From Deltaproteobacteria bacterium (GTDB lineage Bacteria; Myxococcota; Myxococcia; Myxococcales; SZAS-1), in assembly GCA_018266075.1 (NCBI GenBank), contig JAFEBB010000038.1, positions 1 through 64,000 of the forward strand: a DNA stretch of 64,000 nt, written 5' to 3'. The position numbers and the translations under genes are program-made. The notes under the pieces were generated by a model, which was not told the DNA's origin, did not search any database, and saw nothing but the letters and a program-made list of their open reading frames with translations. Positions 25,265-37,244 of the stretch are shown piece after piece. The first letter of the stretch is position 1. Each line of letters opens with the position of its first letter.

Positions 25265-27175
25265 ATGCTCCGATTCAAGCTCGGGTTGGGGTTGGCGGCC
25301 GTCCTGCTCGCACTTCCCGGCGCAGCGCAGGCCGAGGCCACGCTGAAGATCCTCAAGTCTCCGGTGGTGGCGGGCGAGGTGGTTCGCCTGCGCGTCCACG
25401 TCGATGGCCCGCTCCAGGCACCGCTCCGCGGCGTTTCTTCGCTGGGCAGCGTCGGTCCGTTCGCCGAGGCGGGCGCCAACACCTACGAGGCCGACTACTC
25501 GCCGCCCAAGGGCCTCGGGCCGGCGATGTCGGAGATCGCCGTCTACGAAGATCGACCCGGCGGCCTGGTGGCCTACGCGCTGGCGAACATCGCCGACACC
25601 GTGAAGATGACCACCAGGGTGAAGACGCACGAGGCCATCTACGTGCGCGCCGGCTCGCAGCGCTATGGCCCCTTCCACCCCGAGGCGAGGGGCGAGCTCT
25701 CGCTGCTCTTCGTCGCCAACGGCGAGATCACCTCCGCCGACCTCGAGTCCGCGCAGGGCAAGCCGCTGGGCAAGCTGACCTTGAAGCCGCATCTGGCGCG
25801 CTCCGTGGCCGTGGCCCGGCCCACCAAGCTCCGCGCCGGCGACAAGCGCGAGCCCGAGGTGCTCCTCATCGTCGCCCACGAGCCCGCGCTCAAGTTCGAG
25901 ATGCCCAAGGCCACCATCACCGGCGGCACCATCGCCAACGACCTCAAGGGCTCGCCGGAGTACGCCCAGCGCTACAAGGTGACGCCGCCCGCGAGCTTCG
26001 ACGGTTCACTCTCCGTGAAGTTCGTGGACAGCCTGGGCAAGACGGTGGGCACGGCCGCGTTCTTCGCCGCGCCGCCGCCGGTGGCCAAGATCCAGCTCAA
26101 GCTGCCCGAGAAGTCGCTCTCGCCGGGTGAGCGCGCGGTGGTGGACGTGACCCTGCTCGACGCCACCGGCAACGGCATCGACGGCGAGCTCAGCCTCGAC
26201 GTGGACGCGGGGAAGATGTCGCCTCCCCTCTCGCTCGGCGGCGGGCTCTTCAACGCCACGTTCACCGCGCCGGCGCACGTGCCCGAGGGCGGCTCGGTGC
26301 ACCTGCGCGCCAAGGTGGCCGACAGCGACGCCACCGCGGCGGGCGACTTCGCCATGCACGGCGGCAAGCCGGCCAAGGTGGTGTTCCACAAGCTCGCGCA
26401 GCCCGCGCGCGCGGGCGAGCTCGTGCAGGTGGAGCTGCAGGTGTTCGACGAAGGCGGCGATCCCGCCGACGCCGAGAACCTCGAGGTCGCTGCGGACCAC
26501 GGCGAGGTGCAGGGCGTGCACAAGCGCAGCAACGCGCTCTTCGTGGTGGACGTGAAGAGCGAGGCCGACGCGAGCGACCTCTTGCTCACGGCGCGCGACG
26601 GCAAGAACCCGCTGGAGGGCGAGAAGAAGCTCTCCCTCGAGCCGGCGAGCACGCTGCCCTTCGCGCTGCTGGGCGTCGAGGGCGGCTTCACCAACAACTT
26701 TGGCCACGTGAGCGCGGCCACGCTCACCGCGGCGGGCCACTTCCTGGTCGGCCCGCGCGGCACCAGCTTCTCGGGCACCGCCGGCTTCCTCGCTGGGTAC
26801 CTGCCCGAGGTGACCGAGACGCTGACCTCCGACCAGTCGACGGCGGGAACGCTCACGCTCTCGCGCATTCCGCTGATGGCGCGCGGCGGAGTCTTCACCG
26901 CGCTCGGCGACGTGGGGCTCTTCGGCGGCATTGGACTCGGCGTGGAGAAGCTCTCCGGACAGCTGGTGAGCGTGGGGCGCACGCCGCTCTCGCTCGACGC
27001 GTGGCGTCCCGCGGGCGGCCTCTACGGCGGCGCGGGTTACCACCTCGGGCCCGGCTACCTCACCGTGGAAGTACGCGCGACGTACGCGACGGTGGACATC
27101 CAGAACGACGCGGTGCGCGTGAGCGGCCCGGTGGGCGGCGTCGATGGCGCGCTCGGCTACCTCATTGCCCTGTAG
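25265..27175 (+). CDS. large secreted protein with Ig-like repeats and a C-terminal beta-barrel-like region
   Basis: Signal peptide LGLAAVLLALPGAAQA. Repeated roughly 90-aa beta-rich modules. The C-terminal ~200 aa show alternating hydrophobic/Gly patterns and end in YLIAL. Confidence 0.5.
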   Translation: MLRFKLGLGLAAVLLALPGAAQAEATLKILKSPVVAGEVVRLRVHVDGPLQAPLRGVSSLGSVGPFAEAGANTYEADYSPPKGLGPAMSEIAVYEDRPGGLVAYALANIADTVKMTTRVKTHEAIYVRAGSQRYGPFHPEARGELSLLFVANGEITSADLESAQGKPLGKLTLKPHLARSVAVARPTKLRAGDKREPEVLLIVAHEPALKFEMPKATITGGTIANDLKGSPEYAQRYKVTPPASFDGSLSVKFVDSLGKTVGTAAFFAAPPPVAKIQLKLPEKSLSPGERAVVDVTLLDATGNGIDGELSLDVDAGKMSPPLSLGGGLFNATFTAPAHVPEGGSVHLRAKVADSDATAAGDFAMHGGKPAKVVFHKLAQPARAGELVQVELQVFDEGGDPADAENLEVAADHGEVQGVHKRSNALFVVDVKSEADASDLLLTARDGKNPLEGEKKLSLEPASTLPFALLGVEGGFTNNFGHVSAATLTAAGHFLVGPRGTSFSGTAGFLAGYLPEVTETLTSDQSTAGTLTLSRIPLMARGGVFTALGDVGLFGGIGLGVEKLSGQLVSVGRTPLSLDAWRPAGGLYGGAGYHLGPGYLTVEVRATYATVDIQNDAVRVSGPVGGVDGALGYLIAL

Positions 27176-27193
27176 AGACCTGGGGGAACGGCG

Positions 27194-27580
27194 ATGGCCT
27201 TGAAGATCCTGGTCGCAGACGACGATCCATACATCCGCGACATCATCGGCCAGATGGCCAAGCGGCGCGGGCACACGGTGATCTACGCGGGCGATGGCGC
27301 GACCACGATCGCCACCGCGCTCTCCGAGAAGCCGGACGCGGTCACGCTCGACATCCAGATGCCCAAGCTCGATGGCCGCGACGTGATGGGCCGCCTGCGC
27401 AAGGACCCCATCACCAAGAACGTGCCAGTGCTGGTGGTGAGCGCGCAGAGCGACGACTTCACCCGGGAGCTGGTGCTGGAGATGGGCGCCGACGACTTCG
27501 TGGACAAGCCGTTCGACGCGAGCCACCTCATCACCAAGCTCGAGTACCTGGTCGAAAAGCGCAAGACCGAGAAGAAGTGA
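27194..27580 (+). CDS. stand-alone response regulator receiver (CheY-like)
   Basis: REC motifs ILVADDD, the phospho-acceptor in LDIQMP, and the conserved Ser and Lys positions (LVVSAQ…DKPF). No output domain. Confidence 0.85.
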   Translation: MALKILVADDDPYIRDIIGQMAKRRGHTVIYAGDGATTIATALSEKPDAVTLDIQMPKLDGRDVMGRLRKDPITKNVPVLVVSAQSDDFTRELVLEMGADDFVDKPFDASHLITKLEYLVEKRKTEKK

Positions 27581-27824
27581 GCGCGGGGAACGGCATGGGC
27601 CTTCGGCCCTGCGGGCGACACGGCGCTCGAGGCTGACCAGAGACGCGCACTCGCCGTCTCGGCTTGGCTTCTGGGAGAGGGGCGGCTGGTCGTCGACTCG
27701 TCCGCCACCGCCGCTCTCGCCTGCTCGAAGTGAGGCCGTCGAAGAAGCGCCCCGCGCCCAGAGGCGCGTCGTCGCGTGCTTGGGATCCGAGTTGGCCCTC
27801 GCGCGCAGCGGGCGTCCGCTCGGG

Positions 27825-29219
<1,395 letters not shown>

Positions 29220-29237
29220 GAAGTCGCTCAGTGCTCT

Positions 29238-31181
29238 CTACGTCTGGCCGCCGCGGAGGACGCGCTTGTCGCCGACCCGCAAGGTTACACGTTCGGCGTC
29301 GAAGTATTCCCCCAGAGGAACGGTCCATTTGCGGGTCTGTCCCACGAGGTCTTTGAAGGCCTGGATGTCCATCTCCCGGTGCGCCTGAAGGTACTCCACC
29401 AGGCGGCCCTTGAGGGAAGCGATGGCCTGGGAATCGAAGTACATGTCGTCTTTCACACGAATCGCTTGCCCCCCTGCTCGAAGAAGCTTGAGGGCCTCGA
29501 CCACCTGGTTGGCGGGCGCACGGAGCGACTCGACGAGCTCCGGCACGCGCGGCGGCGCGAGGCCGGCCTTGGCGAGCGCGTCCCGAATCTGTTGAACGAG
29601 GGGGCTGGCGTCGGCGCCGGTGGAAGGCTTTCCACCCGGCCGACGGACGACGTCGCCGTCGAGCTCGGCCTTCTTCGCTTCGACCAGCGCCTCGAGGACC
29701 TTGCCGAAGAGCTTGACCGGCAGCGCGTCGGCGAGCCCCGTGCGCAGCGCCTCGCGCGAGAGCCCGGGCGCGAGCGGGTGCGCCTTGGCGAAGGCGTCGA
29801 GCGCGTCCTCCGCGCGCCCAGTCAAAGCCGCGAAGTGCTCGGCGGCGATGCCCGCGCGCTCGGCGCGATCGAAGAGCAGGATCGAATTCTTGGTCGACAG
29901 CTGAGCCAGCGCCTTCTCCGCGGCCTTGGGCCCGAGCGCGAGCCGGCCCGCGAGCGCGTCGAGCCTGGCGCCGCCAAAGCCCGCGTCCTGCCAGAGCGCG
30001 AGCAGCCGCGCCTCCGGAGCTCCCTCGCGCAGCGTCTCCACCTGCTTGGCGGCGTCGGCCTTCTTGTGGCGATGCCGGCGCGGGTGCGGATCGAGCACCA
30101 CGCCGCCCCCGACGGTGCGACCGCGTCCAGGCACCGGAGAGAACCCGCGCAGGATGAAGCGCTGGCCGTGCAGCGCCGCGACCTCGTCGCCGAGCGTGAG
30201 CTGCACGGGTGCGCGCTCACCGGGCTCGAGCTCTTTACGATCGAGGAGCGTCACCGTGGCCGGGACCGCCGCTGTTCCAAGATGGAGCAGCGCCTTGCCG
30301 CGCGTCTTGAGCGCGCGCGGCGCGTTGCCGAGCAATTCCAGGTCGACGTCGAGGATTCGCGTGGGCTGCAGGCTGTTCGCGGTCGCCAGCGCCATGCCGC
30401 GCTTCACGTCGGTGGTCTCGATGCCGACCAGGTTCACGGCCGCGCGCATTCCGGCCTGAAGCTGCGTCGCGGCCTTGCCGTAGGCCTGCACGCCGCGCAC
30501 GCGAAGGCCCTTGGGTCCACCCGGAACAAGGTCGACCGCCTCGTCCGGCGCGAGCGAGCCGGTGAGCAGCGTGCCGGTGACCACGGTGCCGAAGCCCTTC
30601 ACGGTGAACGCGCGATCCAGCGGCAGATACGCAGGTCCATCCGCGGGCCGCTCGACGATCGTCGACGCCAACTTGGCGAGCTCGGCCTTGAGCGCGTCGA
30701 GCCCTTCGCCGGTTCGAGACGAGACGCCCACCATCGGCGCGCCCTCGAGGAACGTGCCCTTGAGCGCCTCCTTCAAGTCGCTCTTGGCCATGTCCACCAG
30801 CTCGTCGCCGAGCGTGGGCGCGAGATCCATCTTGGTGATGGCCACCAGCCCGCGCTGCACGCCGAGCAGCTTGCAGATGTCCAGGTGCTCGCGCGTCTGG
30901 GGCATCACGCCTTCGTCGAGGGCGACCACCAGCACCACGAGGTCCAACCCGAACGCGCCCGCGGCCATGGCCTTCACGAACTTCTCGTGGCCAGGAACGT
31001 CGACGACGCCCGCGATCGTTCCGTCGGGCAGCGCCAGGTGCGCGAACCCGAGCTCGATGGTGATGCCGCGCTTCTTCTCTTCGACGAGCCTGTCGGTGTC
31101 GATGCCGGTGAGCGCCTTCACCAGCGAGGTCTTGCCGTGGTCGACGTGCCCGGCCGTCCCCAGGACGATGCGGCGCCCCAC
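29238..31181 (-). CDS. selB: selenocysteine-specific translation elongation factor SelB
   Basis: GTPase G1 GHVDHGKT, DxPGH (VDVPGHEKF), G4 NKxD-like TKMD. SelB-specific domains II–III and a winged-helix C-terminal extension. Confidence 0.9.
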   Translation of the reverse strand: MGRRIVLGTAGHVDHGKTSLVKALTGIDTDRLVEEKKRGITIELGFAHLALPDGTIAGVVDVPGHEKFVKAMAAGAFGLDLVVLVVALDEGVMPQTREHLDICKLLGVQRGLVAITKMDLAPTLGDELVDMAKSDLKEALKGTFLEGAPMVGVSSRTGEGLDALKAELAKLASTIVERPADGPAYLPLDRAFTVKGFGTVVTGTLLTGSLAPDEAVDLVPGGPKGLRVRGVQAYGKAATQLQAGMRAAVNLVGIETTDVKRGMALATANSLQPTRILDVDLELLGNAPRALKTRGKALLHLGTAAVPATVTLLDRKELEPGERAPVQLTLGDEVAALHGQRFILRGFSPVPGRGRTVGGGVVLDPHPRRHRHKKADAAKQVETLREGAPEARLLALWQDAGFGGARLDALAGRLALGPKAAEKALAQLSTKNSILLFDRAERAGIAAEHFAALTGRAEDALDAFAKAHPLAPGLSREALRTGLADALPVKLFGKVLEALVEAKKAELDGDVVRRPGGKPSTGADASPLVQQIRDALAKAGLAPPRVPELVESLRAPANQVVEALKLLRAGGQAIRVKDDMYFDSQAIASLKGRLVEYLQAHREMDIQAFKDLVGQTRKWTVPLGEYFDAERVTLRVGDKRVLRGGQT

Positions 31182-31184
31182 GGC

Positions 31185-31853
31185 TCAGCGCTCCTCGTCC
31201 GGCGGCGGCTCGCTGACCGTCGGCCCGGCGAAGAAGTCGTAGTCCCAGGGGAAGACGAGCAGGTCGTCGGTCTGCATGGCGAAGAAGTCGGGCCTGTAAC
31301 CTTTTTGTTTCACCGCGAGCGTGGCTGTCTTCACCTCGGCGGCGCCGACGCGCTTGGCGAGCTTGGTGGCCAGCTCCAGCGTGTCGCCCGAGGCAGCCAC
31401 GTCGTCCACGATGAGCACCCGCAGGCCACGCAGCTCGCGAGGCATGGTGCCGAAGGCCTTGGGCTCGGTGCGGACGATGTGATCGCGCGAGCGCCGCGAG
31501 ATGCGCACCGGGTAGAAGTCGCGCTTGAGGGCCGCGGCCACCACGCCGCCCACGAAGACGCCGCCCTTGGCCACGCCCACCACAGCCTCCGGCTCCCAGT
31601 CCGAAGCCAGGCCACGCGCGAGCTCCAGCGCGAGCGCGTCGAACGACTTCCAGGAGAGCTCGCGAACGGCCTGTCCGGGAGCGCTGGAGCTGTCGTCGGT
31701 CGGCATCGGCGGAAGGCCGCCGGGCACGGTCACCGGTCGGCTCGGCCGCGACGGCGGACGCACGCCGCTCCCGGTCACGGGCCGCGGATAGCTGCCGCTG
31801 GGCGGTCGCACCGCGGGGGTACCGGCAGCTGGGGTGGGCGTGCGCTTGGCCAT
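31185..31853 (-). CDS. phosphoribosyltransferase (type I PRT fold) with Pro-rich N-terminus
   Basis: PRPP-binding motif [14 protein letters not shown]. The start is taken at MAKRTP, 1 nt after the stop of the upstream OMP gene. The track ORF's first 75 codons are antisense overlap. Confidence 0.6.
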   Translation of the reverse strand: MAKRTPTPAAGTPAVRPPSGSYPRPVTGSGVRPPSRPSRPVTVPGGLPPMPTDDSSSAPGQAVRELSWKSFDALALELARGLASDWEPEAVVGVAKGGVFVGGVVAAALKRDFYPVRISRRSRDHIVRTEPKAFGTMPRELRGLRVLIVDDVAASGDTLELATKLAKRVGAAEVKTATLAVKQKGYRPDFFAMQTDDLLVFPWDYDFFAGPTVSEPPPDEER

Positions 31854-31854
31854 T

Positions 31855-32898
31855 TCAGAGCTCGAACCGGTAGCCGGCCTGGAGGCCCGCACCGCCTGCG
31901 GCGAAGTGACTTCCCACGCCGGAAAAATCCCCCTGCGAAGCGAGCAGCCGCGCCTGCACCAGCAGCTCACCGGGCCCCGCAGCCATGCCCAGCCCCGCGC
32001 GGGCTTCGAACGTTGGCAGCAGGTTCTGGGCGTGGCCGCTGCCGTCCATCTGCAGCGTGGCGAGGGTGATGCCCGCACCGATTCCGACGAACGGCTGCAC
32101 GCTGCCGTCGAGGAAGCGGTAGCTCGCGCGCGCGAGGATGGGGATCGCCGTCAGCGATCCGGAGAGCGCCACCTCGCCTTGCGGCGGCGGCAGCGCGGCG
32201 TCCATCAGCAGCGGGTAGCGCAGGTAGTCCACCGACAGGCCCACGCCGAGCGCGCGATCGGCGCCGACCTGCACGTCTGCGCCCAGGCCCAGCAGCGGCG
32301 AGCTCCCGCCAATCTGGACGTCCATCGACACGCCCGCCATCGCCTCGAGCGCGAACGCCGGCCGTGCATTCGTCGTCGACGGCGCGGCCTCGGCCTTCAC
32401 CACGGGAACGGCCGCGGCGGGCTCCGGCGGCTTCGGGTGCGAGGACGGCAAGAGCACGGCGTCGAGCTCCGGCGCGAAGAACGTGGCGGCGACGAGCCCC
32501 TCCGCGGCGCCCTTCTCGGCCTTCACCACCAGCTTGTGCGTGCCTGAATCGAGCATCACCTCGAGCAGCGTCGACGTCGACGCGAACCCGTGGGGCTCCA
32601 CCACCTCGCGGTTCGCCGGCTTGGAGATGTGCGGCTCACCGGCGGGCTTGTCGTCGAGCGTGACGGCCAGCTTCGGCGCCACGACGGGCTGGAGGAATGC
32701 CGCCCAGCCGCGCAGGTCGAGCACCACCTTGCCCGGACCGGTGACGTCGAGCTCCAGCTCGCCGCCCGGCTCGACGACATAGAAGGTGTCGCTCTCGCCC
32801 TGGATCTGGGCCTGGGCGGGCGCGCCCACGGGCTGCACGTTCGCGTCGGCGCCGAAGAGCGCCAGCGCCACGAGCTGCCCGATGTGGAGCGTGCCCAA
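31855..32898 (-). CDS. hypothetical outer-membrane beta-barrel-like protein
   Basis: N-terminal signal-like segment. Gly/Ala-rich amphipathic strands. C-terminal aromatic end GYRFEL typical of OMPs. Confidence 0.45.
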   Translation of the reverse strand: MGTLHIGQLVALALFGADANVQPVGAPAQAQIQGESDTFYVVEPGGELELDVTGPGKVVLDLRGWAAFLQPVVAPKLAVTLDDKPAGEPHISKPANREVVEPHGFASTSTLLEVMLDSGTHKLVVKAEKGAAEGLVAATFFAPELDAVLLPSSHPKPPEPAAAVPVVKAEAAPSTTNARPAFALEAMAGVSMDVQIGGSSPLLGLGADVQVGADRALGVGLSVDYLRYPLLMDAALPPPQGEVALSGSLTAIPILARASYRFLDGSVQPFVGIGAGITLATLQMDGSGHAQNLLPTFEARAGLGMAAGPGELLVQARLLASQGDFSGVGSHFAAGGAGLQAGYRFEL

Positions 32899-32906
32899 GC
32901 GCGCGC

Positions 32907-33929
<1,023 letters not shown>

Positions 33930-34049
33930 GGTCCTTCTCCCGCGAGAGTCGGGGCGTTGATACCCGCCCTGCCCCCCATTCGCAACGTGCGCCGAGAGGG
34001 CGATCGGGGGCCTTGTGGGATGCCCGGTTGACGCGCGCGTCGGCGTCCG

Positions 34050-35141
34050 TCAGGCGGAAGCGCTCGAGCCCTTGGCGCCCTTCATCTGCGCGGCGAAGCC
34101 GTCGGCCAGGCAGTCGATGAGCTCGAAGAAGTGGTCGTCGCGGAAGCCGGCGCCGCTGGTGATGAGGCCAGGGTCGATGACCTTGCCGTCCACGGGATCG
34201 GCGCGGAAGTAGCGGCCGAGCACGTCGGTGTGGTCACCGCCGACCAGCGCCAGCAGCGTGCCGTCCACCTGGCGCACGGTGTTCACGATGCTGTCGTTGT
34301 CCTTGGCCGCGATGGGGCCCGCAGGCGGCGAGCCGATTCGACGCGCGCGCTCGAAGTCGGGCTGCGGCGGCACCTGCACCTGTTCGCCGTCGTCGGTGGC
34401 GCTCCAGTGCCAGAGGTCGCGATAGAGGTGGTCCTCGGTCCGGTCGTTCGGCGGCGGCGCGAGGGTGGCCACGCAGGAGATGGGCACGTCTCCGCGGTTG
34501 CTGGTGGCGGTGAGCGCGCCGCTGACCTGCGGCGTGAGATCGTGCGCGAGCGCGTCGCCGAAGAGCAGGTGCATCACGAACTCCAGCGGGTTGCCCTCCT
34601 TCGCGGTGCTCACCATGAACTGCAGCCGGGTCCAGAAGCGATCGCGCTGGAGCGCGTCGATGCCGATGCGCGCCAGGTCCGCGAGGCCGGCGACGTTCGG
34701 TTTGCCGCCGGCGATGAGCTTGGCCAGCGGCGCCAGCGCCAGACCTGTCCCATAGTGCGGCGCCGAGAGGGTGATCACCGAGCCCAGCCGCGGCGCTGCG
34801 GGCGGCGCGTCGCCGAAGATCGTGCCCTTCGGCCCGTCGACGAGCGCGTTCTTCCGCGTGAGCAATGCCGCGTCCACGCCGCCCGTGCTGTGACCCAACA
34901 GGTGCCACGTCGACGCGCCGAGGTTGGCGTCGAGCTTGGCCAGGTGCCCGGTGAGCGCGCGCTGGCGCTCGGCGAGGCTGCTCACCGGCAGCGTCGGCAG
35001 CGGAATCACCGGGACCGCGCGTCCGAGGCGCGCTTGCAGCCCGCCGCGGAGCCCGCCGATGAACCGGTCGGCGAAGTACGTCCGCTCTCCCAGGTGATCG
35101 AAGCCCAGGAAGCCCGGCACGAGCGCGACGGCGTCAGGCAT
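34050..35141 (-). CDS. alpha/beta hydrolase (lipase-like)
   Basis: GxSxG motif LLGHSTGGV. About 360 aa. Confidence 0.65.
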   Translation of the reverse strand: MPDAVALVPGFLGFDHLGERTYFADRFIGGLRGGLQARLGRAVPVIPLPTLPVSSLAERQRALTGHLAKLDANLGASTWHLLGHSTGGVDAALLTRKNALVDGPKGTIFGDAPPAAPRLGSVITLSAPHYGTGLALAPLAKLIAGGKPNVAGLADLARIGIDALQRDRFWTRLQFMVSTAKEGNPLEFVMHLLFGDALAHDLTPQVSGALTATSNRGDVPISCVATLAPPPNDRTEDHLYRDLWHWSATDDGEQVQVPPQPDFERARRIGSPPAGPIAAKDNDSIVNTVRQVDGTLLALVGGDHTDVLGRYFRADPVDGKVIDPGLITSGAGFRDDHFFELIDCLADGFAAQMKGAKGSSASA

Positions 35142-35159
35142 GTGTCCCCCCCAGCGGAA

Positions 35160-35927
35160 TCAGCCTGCGGCAGTGCTCTTCACGGCCGCAGGCAGCTTCG
35201 CGATGAGCTTCTTGGCGAAGAGGTACGCGTCGCCAGGCCAGCGCGCGGAAACGTACCGGCCGTCCTCGACCACGAAAGCCGGCCCGTCGTCTGTGTCCGT
35301 GCCGCGCTTGCTCAGCTCGAACGGCCCGCGGACGAAGTCCGTCGGGCTCGCGAGCGTCGCCTTGACCTCGTCCTCCACGTACTCGGGATAGGTGCGGTAG
35401 TAGCGACCGAGCTTCCAGAACGTGGAGTAGTACGCCGCGCGCTCCATGTACTTCACGAGGCAGGTGGTCTTGCTGCCGTGGAGCACGCTCTTGCCGCTCG
35501 CATCCTTGCTGCGCGCGAGCACCAGCACGCCGTGGCAGATCGCCGCCACCGGCTTGCCCGTGGCCCAGAAGCGCGCGATCTGCTGCTGAAGCTCCGCACT
35601 GCCCAGGTACTGCTTCATGCCGGGCGCGTGGCCGCCGGGGAGCACGAGCGCGTCGAAGCTTGCGACGTCGACCTTGCCCCAGGCTTGCGGCGCCTTGAGC
35701 TCCGCCGAGTCGATCAGCTCCGCGTAGAACTCCTTGGGCTCGGGCTCGGCGCCGAGCTTGCCGAAGAGCACGCCGGTGAGGAGCAGGGGATCGGCCGCGG
35801 GCGCCTTGCCGCCTGCCTCGGTCGCAAAGGTCACGTCGTGTCCCGCGCGGCGCAGCAGCTTCCAGGGGACGGCGACCTCGGTCACGTCGAAGTCGGTGTC
35901 CGGCAAGGGAATGAGGACGCGGGCCAT
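35160..35927 (-). CDS. DJ-1/PfpI (class I glutamine amidotransferase-like) family protein
   Basis: DJ-1-like core: LVLPGGHAPG, the nucleophile elbow AAICHG. Confidence 0.7.
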   Translation of the reverse strand: MARVLIPLPDTDFDVTEVAVPWKLLRRAGHDVTFATEAGGKAPAADPLLLTGVLFGKLGAEPEPKEFYAELIDSAELKAPQAWGKVDVASFDALVLPGGHAPGMKQYLGSAELQQQIARFWATGKPVAAICHGVLVLARSKDASGKSVLHGSKTTCLVKYMERAAYYSTFWKLGRYYRTYPEYVEDEVKATLASPTDFVRGPFELSKRGTDTDDGPAFVVEDGRYVSARWPGDAYLFAKKLIAKLPAAVKSTAAG

Positions 35928-35987
35928 GGCCAGATTCCTCCGCGGAGGGCGACCTCCGCGCCGAAGGATACCGCCATTTCCCTGCCA

Positions 35988-37235
35988 TCAGCCGAGGAGG
36001 ATCTCGCGGATCACCTTCCCCGGCGCGTCGACGATCGACAGCGGGCGACCCAGCGGGGTGACGATCTGGTGGTCGCGATCGAGCCCGAGCTGCTGCGCGA
36101 ACGTGGCCATCATGTCCTGGACGGCGATGGGCGTACCGAGGACCTTCTCGCCCTCGGCGTCGGTCTGGCCGGCGACCACGCCGCCGCGAATGCCGCCGCC
36201 GGCCATCACCGCGCTCCACGCGCCGGGGTGGTGGTCGCGGCCTTCGTTGTCGTTGATCTTCGGCGAGCGGCCGAACTCGCCCATGCAGACCACGAGCGTG
36301 CGATCCAGGCGCTTGCGCGCCGCGAGGTCGTCGAGGAGCGCGCTGAAGGCAGGGTCGAGCTTTCCGCAGAGCTCGCCGGTGCGCTCGAAGTTGTTCTGGT
36401 GCGTGTCCCAGCCGTCGAGCGCGACCTCCACCACGCGCACGCCGTTCTCGATGAGCCGCCGCGCGAGCAGACAGCCGCGGCCGAAGTCGGAGTCGCCGTA
36501 CGCCTGGCGCACGCTCATGGGCTCCTCTTCGAGCTCGAAGGCGTGCAGCCCGGGGGCGTTCATGAGCTTCACCGCGTGGTCGTACACGGCGCGCCGGCCG
36601 GTGACCTTCGGGTCCGACGTCTCCGCGGCGAACGCGGCCTCGAGCTTGTCGAGCGCCCTGCGGCGGCGCGCGAAGCGATCCGCGTCGACCTTCTCCGGCA
36701 GCTTGATGTCGCGCGGCGGCTTGCCCGCCTCTTTCAAGACGAACGGGTTGTACTGCACGCCCAGCACGCCCGCGCTCACGCTCGGCCCGCCGATGGAGAC
36801 GAAGGCCGGCAGATCGCTCGCGGGCCCGAGCTCCTCGCTCACCCAGGCGCCGAGCGAGGGATGCGCCACGGTGGGCGTGGGCGCGTAGCCGGTGTGCACC
36901 AGGTGCCGCGCGCGATCGTGATTTCCTTCGCGACTCGAAATCCCGCGGAGGATCGCCAGCCGGTTCGAGCGCTCAGCGAGGCGCGGCAGGTTCGCGGAGA
37001 TCTGCACGCCGGGGATCTTGGTGTTGATGGCCTTGGTGGGCCCGCCCACGCTCGTTCCCGGCTTCGGATCCCAGGTGTCGAGGTGGCTCGGGCCGCCGTT
37101 CATCCAGAGCACGATGATGGCCTCGGCGGCGGCCTTGGGGAGCGCGGCCTCGGCGGCCTCGGCGCGCCAGCGCGGCATGAGCGCGGTCGCGAGAATCGAG
37201 CCCAGGCCCATGTGCAGAAAGCTTCGGCGGTGCAT
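35988..37235 (-). CDS. DUF1501 domain protein (sulfatase-like, Tat signal)
   Basis: Twin-arginine motif RRSFLHMG. Typical DUF1501 motifs (LWMNGGPSHLDTWDPKP, GEFGR). Co-directional with and adjacent to the DUF1549/DUF1553 gene. Confidence 0.75.
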   Translation of the reverse strand: MHRRSFLHMGLGSILATALMPRWRAEAAEAALPKAAAEAIIVLWMNGGPSHLDTWDPKPGTSVGGPTKAINTKIPGVQISANLPRLAERSNRLAILRGISSREGNHDRARHLVHTGYAPTPTVAHPSLGAWVSEELGPASDLPAFVSIGGPSVSAGVLGVQYNPFVLKEAGKPPRDIKLPEKVDADRFARRRRALDKLEAAFAAETSDPKVTGRRAVYDHAVKLMNAPGLHAFELEEEPMSVRQAYGDSDFGRGCLLARRLIENGVRVVEVALDGWDTHQNNFERTGELCGKLDPAFSALLDDLAARKRLDRTLVVCMGEFGRSPKINDNEGRDHHPGAWSAVMAGGGIRGGVVAGQTDAEGEKVLGTPIAVQDMMATFAQQLGLDRDHQIVTPLGRPLSIVDAPGKVIREILLG

Positions 37236-37244
37236 GGTCCGTTC

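Noticed and set aside
27597-27609. GGGCC-TTC-GGCCC hairpin 17 nt after the receiver gene stop, as a terminator
   Set aside because: It has only a 5-bp stem and no U-tract. It is too weak to call.
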